A stretch of 64,000 nt of DNA from a virus, in IMG/VR virus record IMGVR_UViG_3300042553_000685. One strand, written 5' to 3'. Each line of letters opens with the position of its first letter. The stretch's first letter is position 1. The translations under genes were made by a program, and so were the position numbers. The notes below the pieces were generated by a model. The model ran no database searches, was not told the origin of the DNA, and saw only the letters and a program-made list of their open reading frames with translations. This document shows positions 17,255-25,742 of this stretch, piece after piece.

Positions 17255-18301
17255 ATGACTTCTATTAATTTTTACGAAAGAACGGCGCTTATCAAGCGTA
17301 TCGAAAACAATCTCAATAAAATTAACCAAAGATATTTTGACAAAAGCCACGTGATATTATCAGTGACTGATAACGGTGATTACCTCACTGTTAAAAAACA
17401 AGGTGTTTACTTAGCAGATTATGACACTCAAAAGCTTTTTGACGCTCTAGAAAATTTTATTGAAGAAGTTCGGGAGCTTCTTAGTTTTCCTTACGACCTA
17501 TGGGACTATTTAGATTATTGCAGGTACACGCCAGAAGATCAAAACTCTGACAACTTAAGCAAATTAGTTGAGGAACTAGAAACAAAAAATGAAATTCTGG
17601 AGAAAAAAAATCAAGAATTAGAACAGAGCAAAGAATACAACGAAGCATGGATTGACAACTTAAAACAAAAGGTTCACGATTTAGAATCCTCAGTTTGGCT
17701 ACTGCAACAGGAAAATAAGCGACTAAAAAATCAATCAGAGTTAGGAGTAAAAATGACAATTACAATGGTAAAGATACCAGCAAGTCAAGAAATTAAAAGT
17801 TTTAGAATTGGCAAATATCCAGTGACTCAGGAACAGTATCAGGCGGTAATGGGAGTTAATCCTTCCCATTTTCAAGGCAATCCTCAGAATCCAGTGGAAA
17901 GTGTTAGTTATGATGATGCTCAAGCTTTTTGTGAAAAACTAAGTCAGATAACAGGGAAAAATTATCGCTTACCCACAGTATCAGAATGGGAGTATGCCTG
18001 TCGAGCAGGTACAGTTACTGGGTATTATTTCGGAGATGATTATCATCAGTTAAGAGATTACGCTTGGTATTTTGATAATTCTCAGGGAACAACCCATCCT
18101 GTAGGATTAAAGCTACCCAATGCCTGGGGACTGTACGATATGCACGGTAACGTCTGGGAATGGTGTCAAAAGGATTTTCATCTGCGGGGCGGTTCCTGGG
18201 GCAGCCTTTCTACTTTCTGCCGTTCCGCGTTTCGCTACAGCAGCCTTCGCCGCGACGACCGCACCGTCGTTAGCGGTTTTCGGGTAGTCTGTGACAATTA
18301 G
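17255..18301 (+). CDS. coiled-coil N-domain fused to shortened FGE-sulfatase domain
   Basis: N-terminal about 165 aa rich in heptads (LVEELETKNEILEKKNQELEQSKE). C-terminal motifs GKYPVTQEQY, YRLPTVSEWEYACRAG, GLYDMHGNVWEWC, RGGSW, GFRVVC. Internal ttaggagtaaaaATG at 17741-17755. Confidence 0.8.
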   Translation: MTSINFYERTALIKRIENNLNKINQRYFDKSHVILSVTDNGDYLTVKKQGVYLADYDTQKLFDALENFIEEVRELLSFPYDLWDYLDYCRYTPEDQNSDNLSKLVEELETKNEILEKKNQELEQSKEYNEAWIDNLKQKVHDLESSVWLLQQENKRLKNQSELGVKMTITMVKIPASQEIKSFRIGKYPVTQEQYQAVMGVNPSHFQGNPQNPVESVSYDDAQAFCEKLSQITGKNYRLPTVSEWEYACRAGTVTGYYFGDDYHQLRDYAWYFDNSQGTTHPVGLKLPNAWGLYDMHGNVWEWCQKDFHLRGGSWGSLSTFCRSAFRYSSLRRDDRTVVSGFRVVCDN

Positions 18302-18316
18302 TTACTAATCATTTAA

Positions 18317-18344
18317 TTATCAGTTATCAGTTATCAGTTATTAG
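18317..18344. repeat. heptamer tandem repeat (TTATCAG)3-4
   Basis: ttatcag x3 plus ttattag, intergenic, immediately upstream of an RBS. Confidence 0.85.
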
Positions 18345-18370
18345 TGTTCACTCATTATTTAGGAGTAAAA

Positions 18371-18592
18371 ATGAAGATTCGTATTGAAGGTATTTGTGAG
18401 TGCAGTAAAGTCGGTATAATTATCGACTCAAAATATATACTGTACGTGGCTTATATTTACGAAGATGTATTGCCTTCGCGACAGTTGGATACGGAAAATC
18501 AGTACTATGTAGTTTTTGATCCTATTATTCAACTGCAGCCAATTACAACTACGCTTCAGTTATCACCTGAATTGCGTCAATGGAACAGTTGA
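18371..18592 (+). CDS. hypothetical small protein
   Basis: ATG at 18371 preceded by aggagtaaaa; track start 18344 rejected. Confidence 0.45.
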   Translation: MKIRIEGICECSKVGIIIDSKYILYVAYIYEDVLPSRQLDTENQYYVVFDPIIQLQPITTTLQLSPELRQWNS

Positions 18593-18593
18593 T

Positions 18594-18614
18594 TTATCAG
18601 TTATCAGCTATCAG
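18594..18614. repeat. heptamer tandem repeat (TTATCAG-like) x3
   Basis: ttatcag ttatcag ctatcag, intergenic. Confidence 0.8.
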
Positions 18615-18641
18615 TAAACAAAATAACTTAGGAGTAAAGCA

Positions 18642-18881
18642 ATGACAATGATAGACATAGGACAATTTGCTAAGATTGAGATAAACTGGTACGAAACAAA
18701 GTCATATCCGTTTCGATATTCAGAAGGCATTCACTATTTTATCCAAAAGGATCAGGGATGGATAGTAGATGAAATCGCTAAATGGGTAAGAGAAACTCAT
18801 TTTAAAAAAGACTTTCCCTCGGTTATCGATTGGAAGTTAAAAGTAACTTATCAAAACTCTAAAGATAGGATTCCGTGGTAG
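18642..18881 (+). CDS. hypothetical small protein
   Basis: 79-aa ORF preceded by ttaggagtaaagcaATG. Confidence 0.45.
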   Translation: MTMIDIGQFAKIEINWYETKSYPFRYSEGIHYFIQKDQGWIVDEIAKWVRETHFKKDFPSVIDWKLKVTYQNSKDRIPW

Positions 18882-19159
18882 AATCCAAGTCATTCAACTA
18901 CACTAACCTGCGAGAATCGCCAAAATGCCGCGTTTAAATTTAGCTTTATGACAGTATTTCCAAATACTGATATTGAGTTATATTACGATGGTGGCCGTAT
19001 AGATGAAGTTGACTTTTGTTTATTTGATATAGCCGACCCTTCTAAAACGGAATTAATGCTTGAAGAAGAATGGGTGTATTTACTTGGCGCCGCATCTTTC
19101 TTATTTGGTAGGTAATCAATTACCAGTTATCAGTTAGTAATCCTTAATCAAACAAAAAA

Positions 19160-19699
19160 ATGAAACCTTTGCATAAACTGGGTAAATATCACAATCTAGA
19201 GAAGCTAAACAAAATAGCAACCGATTCTTGTTTTACTGATAAGTTTCCTACAAAACATAATTATGTAAACCCTCTCTATAATGAGTACGATTACTCTTAT
19301 ACTTTATGGGCTACTCTGGGAGTAGAATGGCACGTCGACGACATTTATAAAGATAAAAAATACTCAATTATTTTAGTCGTCGAAAGTGCCAATTATGAAC
19401 TTTACGCATCATCAGTAAATAATAAAAAAATAGAAAAACTTTTAAAAACAGATTGCGACACCACTTTTAGGAGTATGGATGAGCGAATAGATAATCTGTT
19501 AGTTCGCAGAAAAAACACTCAAAGGCTAATATTAAAAGCAGGGGATATTTTGCTGTTAGATATTTCATTCTACCATAAACTAGAAAATACAAGGAAAACA
19601 GAAAACCCTTTTATCTTTATTAGCTTAGACATTGATTTTATCCCAAAGATCAAAGAAGCGGTCAAGGTTGTCAATTATTTTGTTTACGATTTTTTGTAA
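19160..19699 (+). CDS. hypothetical protein, weak 2OG-Fe(II)-oxygenase-like HxD motif
   Basis: 179-aa ORF; WHVDD and later YHKLEN could be an HxD...H triad; tentative. A further TTATCAG-like repeat lies upstream at 19120-19137. Confidence 0.45.
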   Translation: MKPLHKLGKYHNLEKLNKIATDSCFTDKFPTKHNYVNPLYNEYDYSYTLWATLGVEWHVDDIYKDKKYSIILVVESANYELYASSVNNKKIEKLLKTDCDTTFRSMDERIDNLLVRRKNTQRLILKAGDILLLDISFYHKLENTRKTENPFIFISLDIDFIPKIKEAVKVVNYFVYDFL

Positions 19700-19707
19700 T
19701 CACCCTA

Positions 19708-19959
19708 ATGAGTTGGAAAAAATCAATGAGCCAAAAAATTCACTATTACGCACGCACAGAACATCAGATTCCACTGATGTCAAATAAGTTAACAGATACA
19801 GTCGGTAATTTAGTTTTTCCTTTTTCTGATAAAGAAGAGCAATTAGAATTTTTTGGTCAGATGCTTGAAGAGCTATTAACCATATCATCTGTAGCAAGAT
19901 ATACACCAGAAGGTACTGCATTAGAAACAATTAAAGCCTTGCTGTCTGAGTTAGGTTAG
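19708..19959 (+). CDS. hypothetical protein
   Basis: 83-aa ORF. Confidence 0.4.
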   Translation: MSWKKSMSQKIHYYARTEHQIPLMSNKLTDTVGNLVFPFSDKEEQLEFFGQMLEELLTISSVARYTPEGTALETIKALLSELG

Positions 19960-20004
19960 TGCGAAATAAGCAATCAGTTCTTGTAATTAATCAGGAGTAA
20001 ACCA

Positions 20005-20656
20005 ATGAACATTAAACCGCAACTTAAAAGCAGTATTCGGCTATTTTTAGAAGGTTCAGAAGATGGGCTCCAGCGCCTAGTATATTTACGTCAATCGGGG
20101 GAATTGCAGGACCTTCTCAATGAACTTAAACCAGACGATATACCCGAAATTGTTGTCACAAAAGCAGAGTTCACTACAGATGCAAAAGTTAAAGTCGAGT
20201 TCACTACAGATGCAAAAGATTGAAAAAGCTGAATTAATTAAGGCAATTCGAGAAGGAACAATCGATAAGACAACTCTACAACAAGTTGATTTAAGTGGGG
20301 CTGACCTGATTAAGGTTGACCTGATTAAGGCTGATCTGAGTGGGGCGGACCTGAGAGAAGCTAAACTGAGTGAAGCTATCCTGAGTGAAGCTGACTTGAG
20401 TGAAGCTGACCTGATTAAGGCTATCCTGAGTGATGCTATCCTGAATGATGCTATCTTGAGTTGGGCTGATCTGAGTTGGGCTATCCTAAGTGGGGCTGAC
20501 TTGAATGCAGCTATTCTGATTGAGGCTAACCTAAAAGGGGCTGACCTGAGTAAAGCTAACCTGAGAGGGGCTGACATTGAAGACGCTATCTTTATCAATG
20601 CAACGGGGATCACCCCTGAACAAGAACAGGATTTAATTCGACAAGGAGTAGATTAA
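20005..20656 (+). pseudogene. pentapeptide-repeat protein gene disrupted by a 2-nt deletion
   Basis: N-terminal part (20005-20223) and repeat part (frame of 20120-20656) are in different frames. Compare gatgcaaaag--attgaaaaag here with gatgcaaaagttattgaaaaag in the intact paralog at 42291-42312. Also a 22-nt internal duplication gagttcactacagatgcaaaag. Confidence 0.7.
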
Positions 20657-20789
20657 TGACTAATGGCATTAAGACAAAGTAACCAAGATGCTTTTGACCT
20701 TTTTGCATCAATAATGATGGATCAAGCAGATGAAATAAAAAAAGGACACTCAAATCTATCAAATACTAATTGATTCAAGCTATGATGAG

Positions 20790-21140
20790 TTGCCAAGAGA
20801 AGTCAAACACTACGTCAACCGATTAGTAACTAAAATATCGAAAAAACCTTTTGTACTTTCAATACTAAAAGGATTCCATAGTAGCGCAATCAAATCAAAC
20901 GACGTAGATGTACTTTTAAGCGGTGCGTTTATTGACTATGATCCATTTAAAAGAGCAGGATGTTTTTGGTACTTAAAAATCAAGATATTTCTGTTTGTCT
21001 TTTCGCTACTAACAGGTGTGACAATACCTAAGCTTCTCAAAGAAAACTTTTGTCTTTTTCTGCGATCTGTTGTTATAGTTAGTTACCTTGTAAAGGAGGG
21101 TTATGTCAATGAATCTCCCTATTATTGGGACTACGAATAA
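20790..21140 (+). CDS. membrane protein, paralog of 21180-21581; 5' end probably frameshifted
   Basis: TTG start in track. Homology to the paralog N-terminus continues upstream (IYQILIDSSYDELPREVKHYV). ATG at 20714 is in another frame, across an A7 run. Confidence 0.4.
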   Translation: MPREVKHYVNRLVTKISKKPFVLSILKGFHSSAIKSNDVDVLLSGAFIDYDPFKRAGCFWYLKIKIFLFVFSLLTGVTIPKLLKENFCLFLRSVVIVSYLVKEGYVNESPYYWDYE

Positions 21141-21179
21141 AGTAAGAAGCTAAAAATAACCTAAAACAGGAGTAAACCA

Positions 21180-21581
21180 ATGGATATTCGACGCGCAATA
21201 TTAGTTAGAGAACAATACAATAGTTTACCTATCGAAGCTAAACAATACGTTGATGCTTTAGTATTAGAAGCAAAACAGAATCCTAAGTCAAAATACTTAG
21301 AACACTTCTATAAAGCCGCAATTAAAGACAATGTAATGGATACATACATACAATTAAAATACAATGATGTTAATGATGATAATGATGTCAAAATAGATTG
21401 GATTTCGTTTGTAGCTTTTAAAGCTTGGTTACTTATTGTCACATTTTTAACAGGCGTTTCTACCCCTAAAGAGTTGAAAAAAGATGCTAACTTATTTATG
21501 CTTTCTATAGCTATAGCCTCTAATTTCGTAGTAGAGGGAGACTATAAAGAAAGATACCATGCACTAACTTACAATTTCTAA
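21180..21581 (+). CDS. membrane protein (paralog family)
   Basis: 133-aa ORF preceded by caggagtaaaccaATG; TM segment WLLIVTFLTGVSTP. Confidence 0.5.
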   Translation: MDIRRAILVREQYNSLPIEAKQYVDALVLEAKQNPKSKYLEHFYKAAIKDNVMDTYIQLKYNDVNDDNDVKIDWISFVAFKAWLLIVTFLTGVSTPKELKKDANLFMLSIAIASNFVVEGDYKERYHALTYNF

Positions 21582-22264
21582 TGTACCTAGCTAAAACATT
21601 GCAGATCTCCAATATTATATGGGGAGCTACAGACTACCAGTTCTTATCATTATACAAACCTACCCCTGAGGAGGGAGGACGCTTTATCCAACTCTGGTTC
21701 GAGGATATGGAGCCCCACATTAACTATACGCGGTTACATGCTAGAATGAGTGGTGGTCAGGATAACTCTAATAAATACTACCTAACTAATGTGCTCGAGT
21801 TAGGTATAACCGCATGGGGGGCCGACTTCTATAACGATAAGAATTCAGTGGACCAATGGCGTATTCACTACTATAGCCCTACTATACGCCGCCTTGTTGA
21901 GAGCACCCCTCTACGTATGCCGGGGGGTAATCTACGCTATTATTGCCAGCTGGCTATGATAGCTAACTCTGAATCCGTTAAAGGAGTATGGGCCCGTCGC
22001 ACTCAGCATTATCGGCGCGATAGTTACCAGCGCCATAACCATGGTGAGTTCGGTATGACTAAGGAGGAGATGCAATTAGTAGTAGAGAATATAGAACCTA
22101 TACTCGAGACGGGCCTGTTGATAAAGTGGGGCGATTACTACTATTGGCCCGGCGCACGAACACGACACTTATTACTTAATAGCAATAAGGAGCTCCACAT
22201 CATGGGCAGTGATGCTCTCGAGATAGGCAGACTTAAACAAGGGAGGAGACAAAATGCAGGATAA
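21581..22264 (+). CDS. hypothetical protein (backbone)
   Basis: 227-aa ORF; start overlaps previous stop (TAATG). Confidence 0.55.
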   Translation: MYLAKTLQISNIIWGATDYQFLSLYKPTPEEGGRFIQLWFEDMEPHINYTRLHARMSGGQDNSNKYYLTNVLELGITAWGADFYNDKNSVDQWRIHYYSPTIRRLVESTPLRMPGGNLRYYCQLAMIANSESVKGVWARRTQHYRRDSYQRHNHGEFGMTKEEMQLVVENIEPILETGLLIKWGDYYYWPGARTRHLLLNSNKELHIMGSDALEIGRLKQGRRQNAG

Positions 22265-22661
22265 CGCGATTGATATCGTGAAGACGTGGGCCTATCAGAA
22301 TCTAGGTCTAGATTCCAATAATAAATTTATTGAAGTTCATGTCAATCGATCTAGTTACGTAGTAATCAACAATACTAGAGAAGACCGTCCTGATGATAAT
22401 GATGGTGATATGTACTTCCTATCATATATCTATTATAATGTAGATGTCTCTATCTTCCTAGCCACTAATGGAGATGTAATTGTCGCTCGTGATAGAGTCG
22501 ATGAAGAAGGTGACCCCTCTATATTAATCGGCAGTATAAACGATATTGTAGATGGTAAGTCTCTCTCCCCTGCAAGCCATATTCTCAAAGATCACCATGA
22601 CCTCATAACAGATAAAGATTACCATGACCCCAGAACAGATTCAGAGATTACGCGACAATAA
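22254..22661 (+). CDS. hypothetical protein
   Basis: 135-aa ORF. Confidence 0.5.
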   Translation: MQDNAIDIVKTWAYQNLGLDSNNKFIEVHVNRSSYVVINNTREDRPDDNDGDMYFLSYIYYNVDVSIFLATNGDVIVARDRVDEEGDPSILIGSINDIVDGKSLSPASHILKDHHDLITDKDYHDPRTDSEITRQ

Positions 22662-22872
22662 TTGGATCCTAGATGACCTCCAGGGCGTATCAGATAAAGA
22701 ACTCGATTGGATACAGAGCGTATTAGCCCTTCGAGAATACTACGAGGAGACTGGTAGAGAGTTAACCCAGAGCAATATAGACTGGATTAACACCTTCCTC
22801 CTCTCTAACTACGACGAGGGCGTCGTTGATCCGCCTCCCGAGCAGCCCGAGCTGCCTCAGGAACAAACTTAG
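22624..22872 (+). CDS. hypothetical protein
   Basis: 82-aa ORF; 3' end overlaps the convergent ORF. Confidence 0.45.
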   Translation: MTPEQIQRLRDNNWILDDLQGVSDKELDWIQSVLALREYYEETGRELTQSNIDWINTFLLSNYDEGVVDPPPEQPELPQEQT

Positions 22873-23041
22873 CGGCCTTGTTAATAACACGGGCCCTCTC
22901 CTGCTTAGATAGATTCCCATGGCCCCGCAGTTTAAGAGCACTCAATGCACTGCGCTTATCGAATATAGGGAATCTATCCCCTACTGTACCATACTCGGCC
23001 CGCGCTTCTGCCGTTACATTGCCCTTCTTAGTTCTCTTCAT
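22805..23041 (-). CDS. small basic hypothetical protein
   Basis: 78-aa ORF on minus strand. Confidence 0.45.
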   Translation of the reverse strand: MKRTKKGNVTAEARAEYGTVGDRFPIFDKRSALSALKLRGHGNLSKQERARVINKAAKFVPEAARAAREADQRRPRRS

Positions 23042-23196
23042 ATATGTTGTTGACTAGATATGGTTATGCTGACAGATGGGCGGGCCCTAATAGTAAACCT
23101 TCAACTAATAAATTTATACGATATCATCCAGCGTCTAGTAGAATTATCTTGTTTAAATTGCTAGATCGTGCTAAAATTAAAGTAAGTGGAGAATTT

Positions 23197-24669
23197 ATGC
23201 CGTACATCCAAACTAATCTAAAACTCACTATTAGTCAGTATCACTATCTGCGCGAGCTAACAGCTGGTATGGATAGTGATAGTCGGCGTTTATTCATCCA
23301 CACGTTTTTGTGTCAGCGCCAGATACGTGCTAAGTCTGATTACCATGCGTGGAAGGGAGTACCGTTGCCTCGTAAGAGCTTCATTCACGTCTACTGTAGA
23401 AACTATAGCTGGGAGAGCGTAGAGGCGTTTATGACGCGGGCCCCCTACTACGCTAAGGAGGGAATCTGCTTCCGCTACCGTATTCACGAGCACATCATCG
23501 ATACCTTCATCGAGAAGGGAGAGGATTTACTATTGAGCCCCTCTCGACTACAGGATCAGTGGTTCGTTGATGTAGATGGCCGCCCGCTTCCTAAGCTCAA
23601 TAGGCCGCTTAGTAGTGCTCCGCCAACACAGGTTGACTTGGGCTATGGCATCGCGTGGCTTATTCGACAACGAGATAGGATAGAGCGTACTCGCGATAGC
23701 CTGAGTGATGCTGAGCTGGCTAGTAAACGGGCCCGCTACCTTCACAACCTGAACTGCTATCAGGGTATACTCGAGCGCGTGACTAGTATCGACTACACGA
23801 AACGTCAGGCAGAGTATTCGCAGGAGCTGACCCAGCCTCACGAGGGGCTTCGCGTGTATGAGAAGGGGGGCGGCCTCCAGGGTGCTAGTCGGAACTTCAG
23901 AGAGGTGCTGCTAATATCCAGCCCTGTCATCAACTACGATGTCGTCAAGTGCCACGCGACGATTGCCCATCATGAGATGGAGAAGCTAGGTATTAGTTCC
24001 CATCTGGATGAGATGCTATCGGGCCGTGTGAGTTCCCCTGACCCCCTACTATCCGTAGGCACTGTGAAAACAGCTGTGTTAGCAGTAATCAATGGGGCCC
24101 GACTCGTTAAGCGTCTCAGTAACCGCTTCACTATACCGCGCTTAGTACTAGAAGAACCGCTCCTAGCTGATAAGGATGTACCCACTAAGGCGCAGGCCCT
24201 CGCTAGCTTAGTAAGATACCTTAAAGGCATAGCTACCAGCATAGCGAAGTGGTCTAAACTGATTCCCAAGCATGAGAAGATAGCGGCAATATCAGCACTG
24301 TTACAACGCATAGAGGTAGACAGCCTACGAGATATCCACGACCTCGCATCTAATAACCAACACGACGGAGCCCTAATTCACAACTCCATCGACATCAACG
24401 AGGTAGAATCGGGCTACCTACTAGTGCAACCCAAACCCATCTCCACACCAGACCCAGAGGTGTCGGTTACCGTGTGCGGACACCAGATCGAGATGATACC
24501 ATTCAACGCAGAGTGTGCCAACATCGCGGACATCATCATGGGCGCGGGTACCCGGCTCCAGGCCACAACAGGATACGGAAACTGGGCCCCCACCCCCCAT
24601 AAGAATACCATTAGTAGATCAGATAGCAGCGCTGATACATCGAATCTCAGCGCTGATGATAGTAATTAA
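23197..24669 (+). CDS. large hypothetical protein
   Basis: ATG at 23197 with ggaga RBS preferred over track start 23044, which would leave no divergent promoter region; no motif recognised. Confidence 0.55.
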   Translation: MPYIQTNLKLTISQYHYLRELTAGMDSDSRRLFIHTFLCQRQIRAKSDYHAWKGVPLPRKSFIHVYCRNYSWESVEAFMTRAPYYAKEGICFRYRIHEHIIDTFIEKGEDLLLSPSRLQDQWFVDVDGRPLPKLNRPLSSAPPTQVDLGYGIAWLIRQRDRIERTRDSLSDAELASKRARYLHNLNCYQGILERVTSIDYTKRQAEYSQELTQPHEGLRVYEKGGGLQGASRNFREVLLISSPVINYDVVKCHATIAHHEMEKLGISSHLDEMLSGRVSSPDPLLSVGTVKTAVLAVINGARLVKRLSNRFTIPRLVLEEPLLADKDVPTKAQALASLVRYLKGIATSIAKWSKLIPKHEKIAAISALLQRIEVDSLRDIHDLASNNQHDGALIHNSIDINEVESGYLLVQPKPISTPDPEVSVTVCGHQIEMIPFNAECANIADIIMGAGTRLQATTGYGNWAPTPHKNTISRSDSSADTSNLSADDSN

Positions 24670-24694
24670 TACCCGTACAAGGGAGACGTGTGCC

Positions 24695-25258
24695 TTGATT
24701 CAACAATACAATAACTTGCCCATAGAATTCATAGAAAGCTATGTTAGCGCTAGGGATGTTCTCAGAGCTCTCAATCTCTCTGACGATGCTCTAGAACAGG
24801 TCACTAGTCATAACAAGCTTATGAAGAACTCAACAATGGTGCTAGAACCAGCTGGTGTATATCAGCTGGTTCTTATCAATGATGAGATAGACTTCTGGGA
24901 CTGGTACAGTGACGAAGCGCTAGCTGTTGCTAAGGAGTCGATGTTGCGTATGAGTAATTACATGAAGGCTCGGCGTATCCTCAAGGATATTATGGATGCC
25001 CCCGATGCTGTCGATAAGCTGCCCCGCATAGTTAATCAACTAATCGCAGCACGAGAGTATAAGAGTGATATATCTAAATATGATGCCGAACTGTCTGTAT
25101 GGCAGCAGATAATAGATAAGTTAAAGGAGCGCGGCCATCCTCATCCTCGACTCTTTCTATCTACGTTCCCTGATATACACGTCAATATAAAGTCTGAGGT
25201 TATGTACGAGGACGCGTTAACAGTATGCTACGAGATAGCAGGAGAATACATTGCTTGA
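24695..25258 (+). CDS. hypothetical protein with N-terminal QYNNLPIE motif
   Basis: TTG at 24695 preceded by gggaga; track start 24515 lies inside the previous gene. Confidence 0.45.
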   Translation: MIQQYNNLPIEFIESYVSARDVLRALNLSDDALEQVTSHNKLMKNSTMVLEPAGVYQLVLINDEIDFWDWYSDEALAVAKESMLRMSNYMKARRILKDIMDAPDAVDKLPRIVNQLIAAREYKSDISKYDAELSVWQQIIDKLKERGHPHPRLFLSTFPDIHVNIKSEVMYEDALTVCYEIAGEYIA

Positions 25259-25742
25259 GACTGTATTGGCGCTGCCCGCCATTAGACAAGATAGAACAGC
25301 GTTACCCTTTGTCTTCCCAGAGTTATCCCTCTATACTCTCCTGAGTATAGAAGATGTCATTCCTGACATCACTATTAACGTAGTGGCTACTAGTCCGTGG
25401 GCCCAGGGCACACACTATGGCACTATGTATTGGACTGTTCTAGTAGTGCGTTATCAGAACAGTCCCTTCTTAGTAGTGGGCCGTCGTTACGTGACAGATG
25501 GGCTTAACCCTAACGAAACGGCCCTCCGCTACGTAATAGACCAGGACCTCTATCGTACGGCTATCAACTACGCACTACAGCAGGAGACAGAGGAGGTAGT
25601 CTTTACTAATAAGGAGCGGCCCCTCGATAAAGAGAAGGCCCAGGCCTTTCATCGCATCGGGAGTGAGATACGCTTTATAGAGGCTGATGCCCTCAGCTGC
25701 ACTATTGGGGACATCAATACATTACTTGATATATTATTATGA
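25251..25742 (+). CDS. hypothetical protein, probably the 5' part of a gene split by cassette insertion
   Basis: 163-aa ORF whose last about 55 nt are imperfectly repeated at 26677-26720. Confidence 0.5.
   Translation: MLETVLALPAIRQDRTALPFVFPELSLYTLLSIEDVIPDITINVVATSPWAQGTHYGTMYWTVLVVRYQNSPFLVVGRRYVTDGLNPNETALRYVIDQDLYRTAINYALQQETEEVVFTNKERPLDKEKAQAFHRIGSEIRFIEADALSCTIGDINTLLDILL

Noticed and set aside
20086-20613. 175-aa minus-strand ORF across the pentapeptide repeats (also 42885-43067)
   Set aside because: It is an artefact of the 15-nt periodic repeat, whose reverse complement also lacks stops.
23044-23196. Track start of the 541-aa ORF at 23044
   Set aside because: It would abut the divergent gene's start codon with no promoter space. 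An ATG at 23197 with a ggaga RBS is more plausible.
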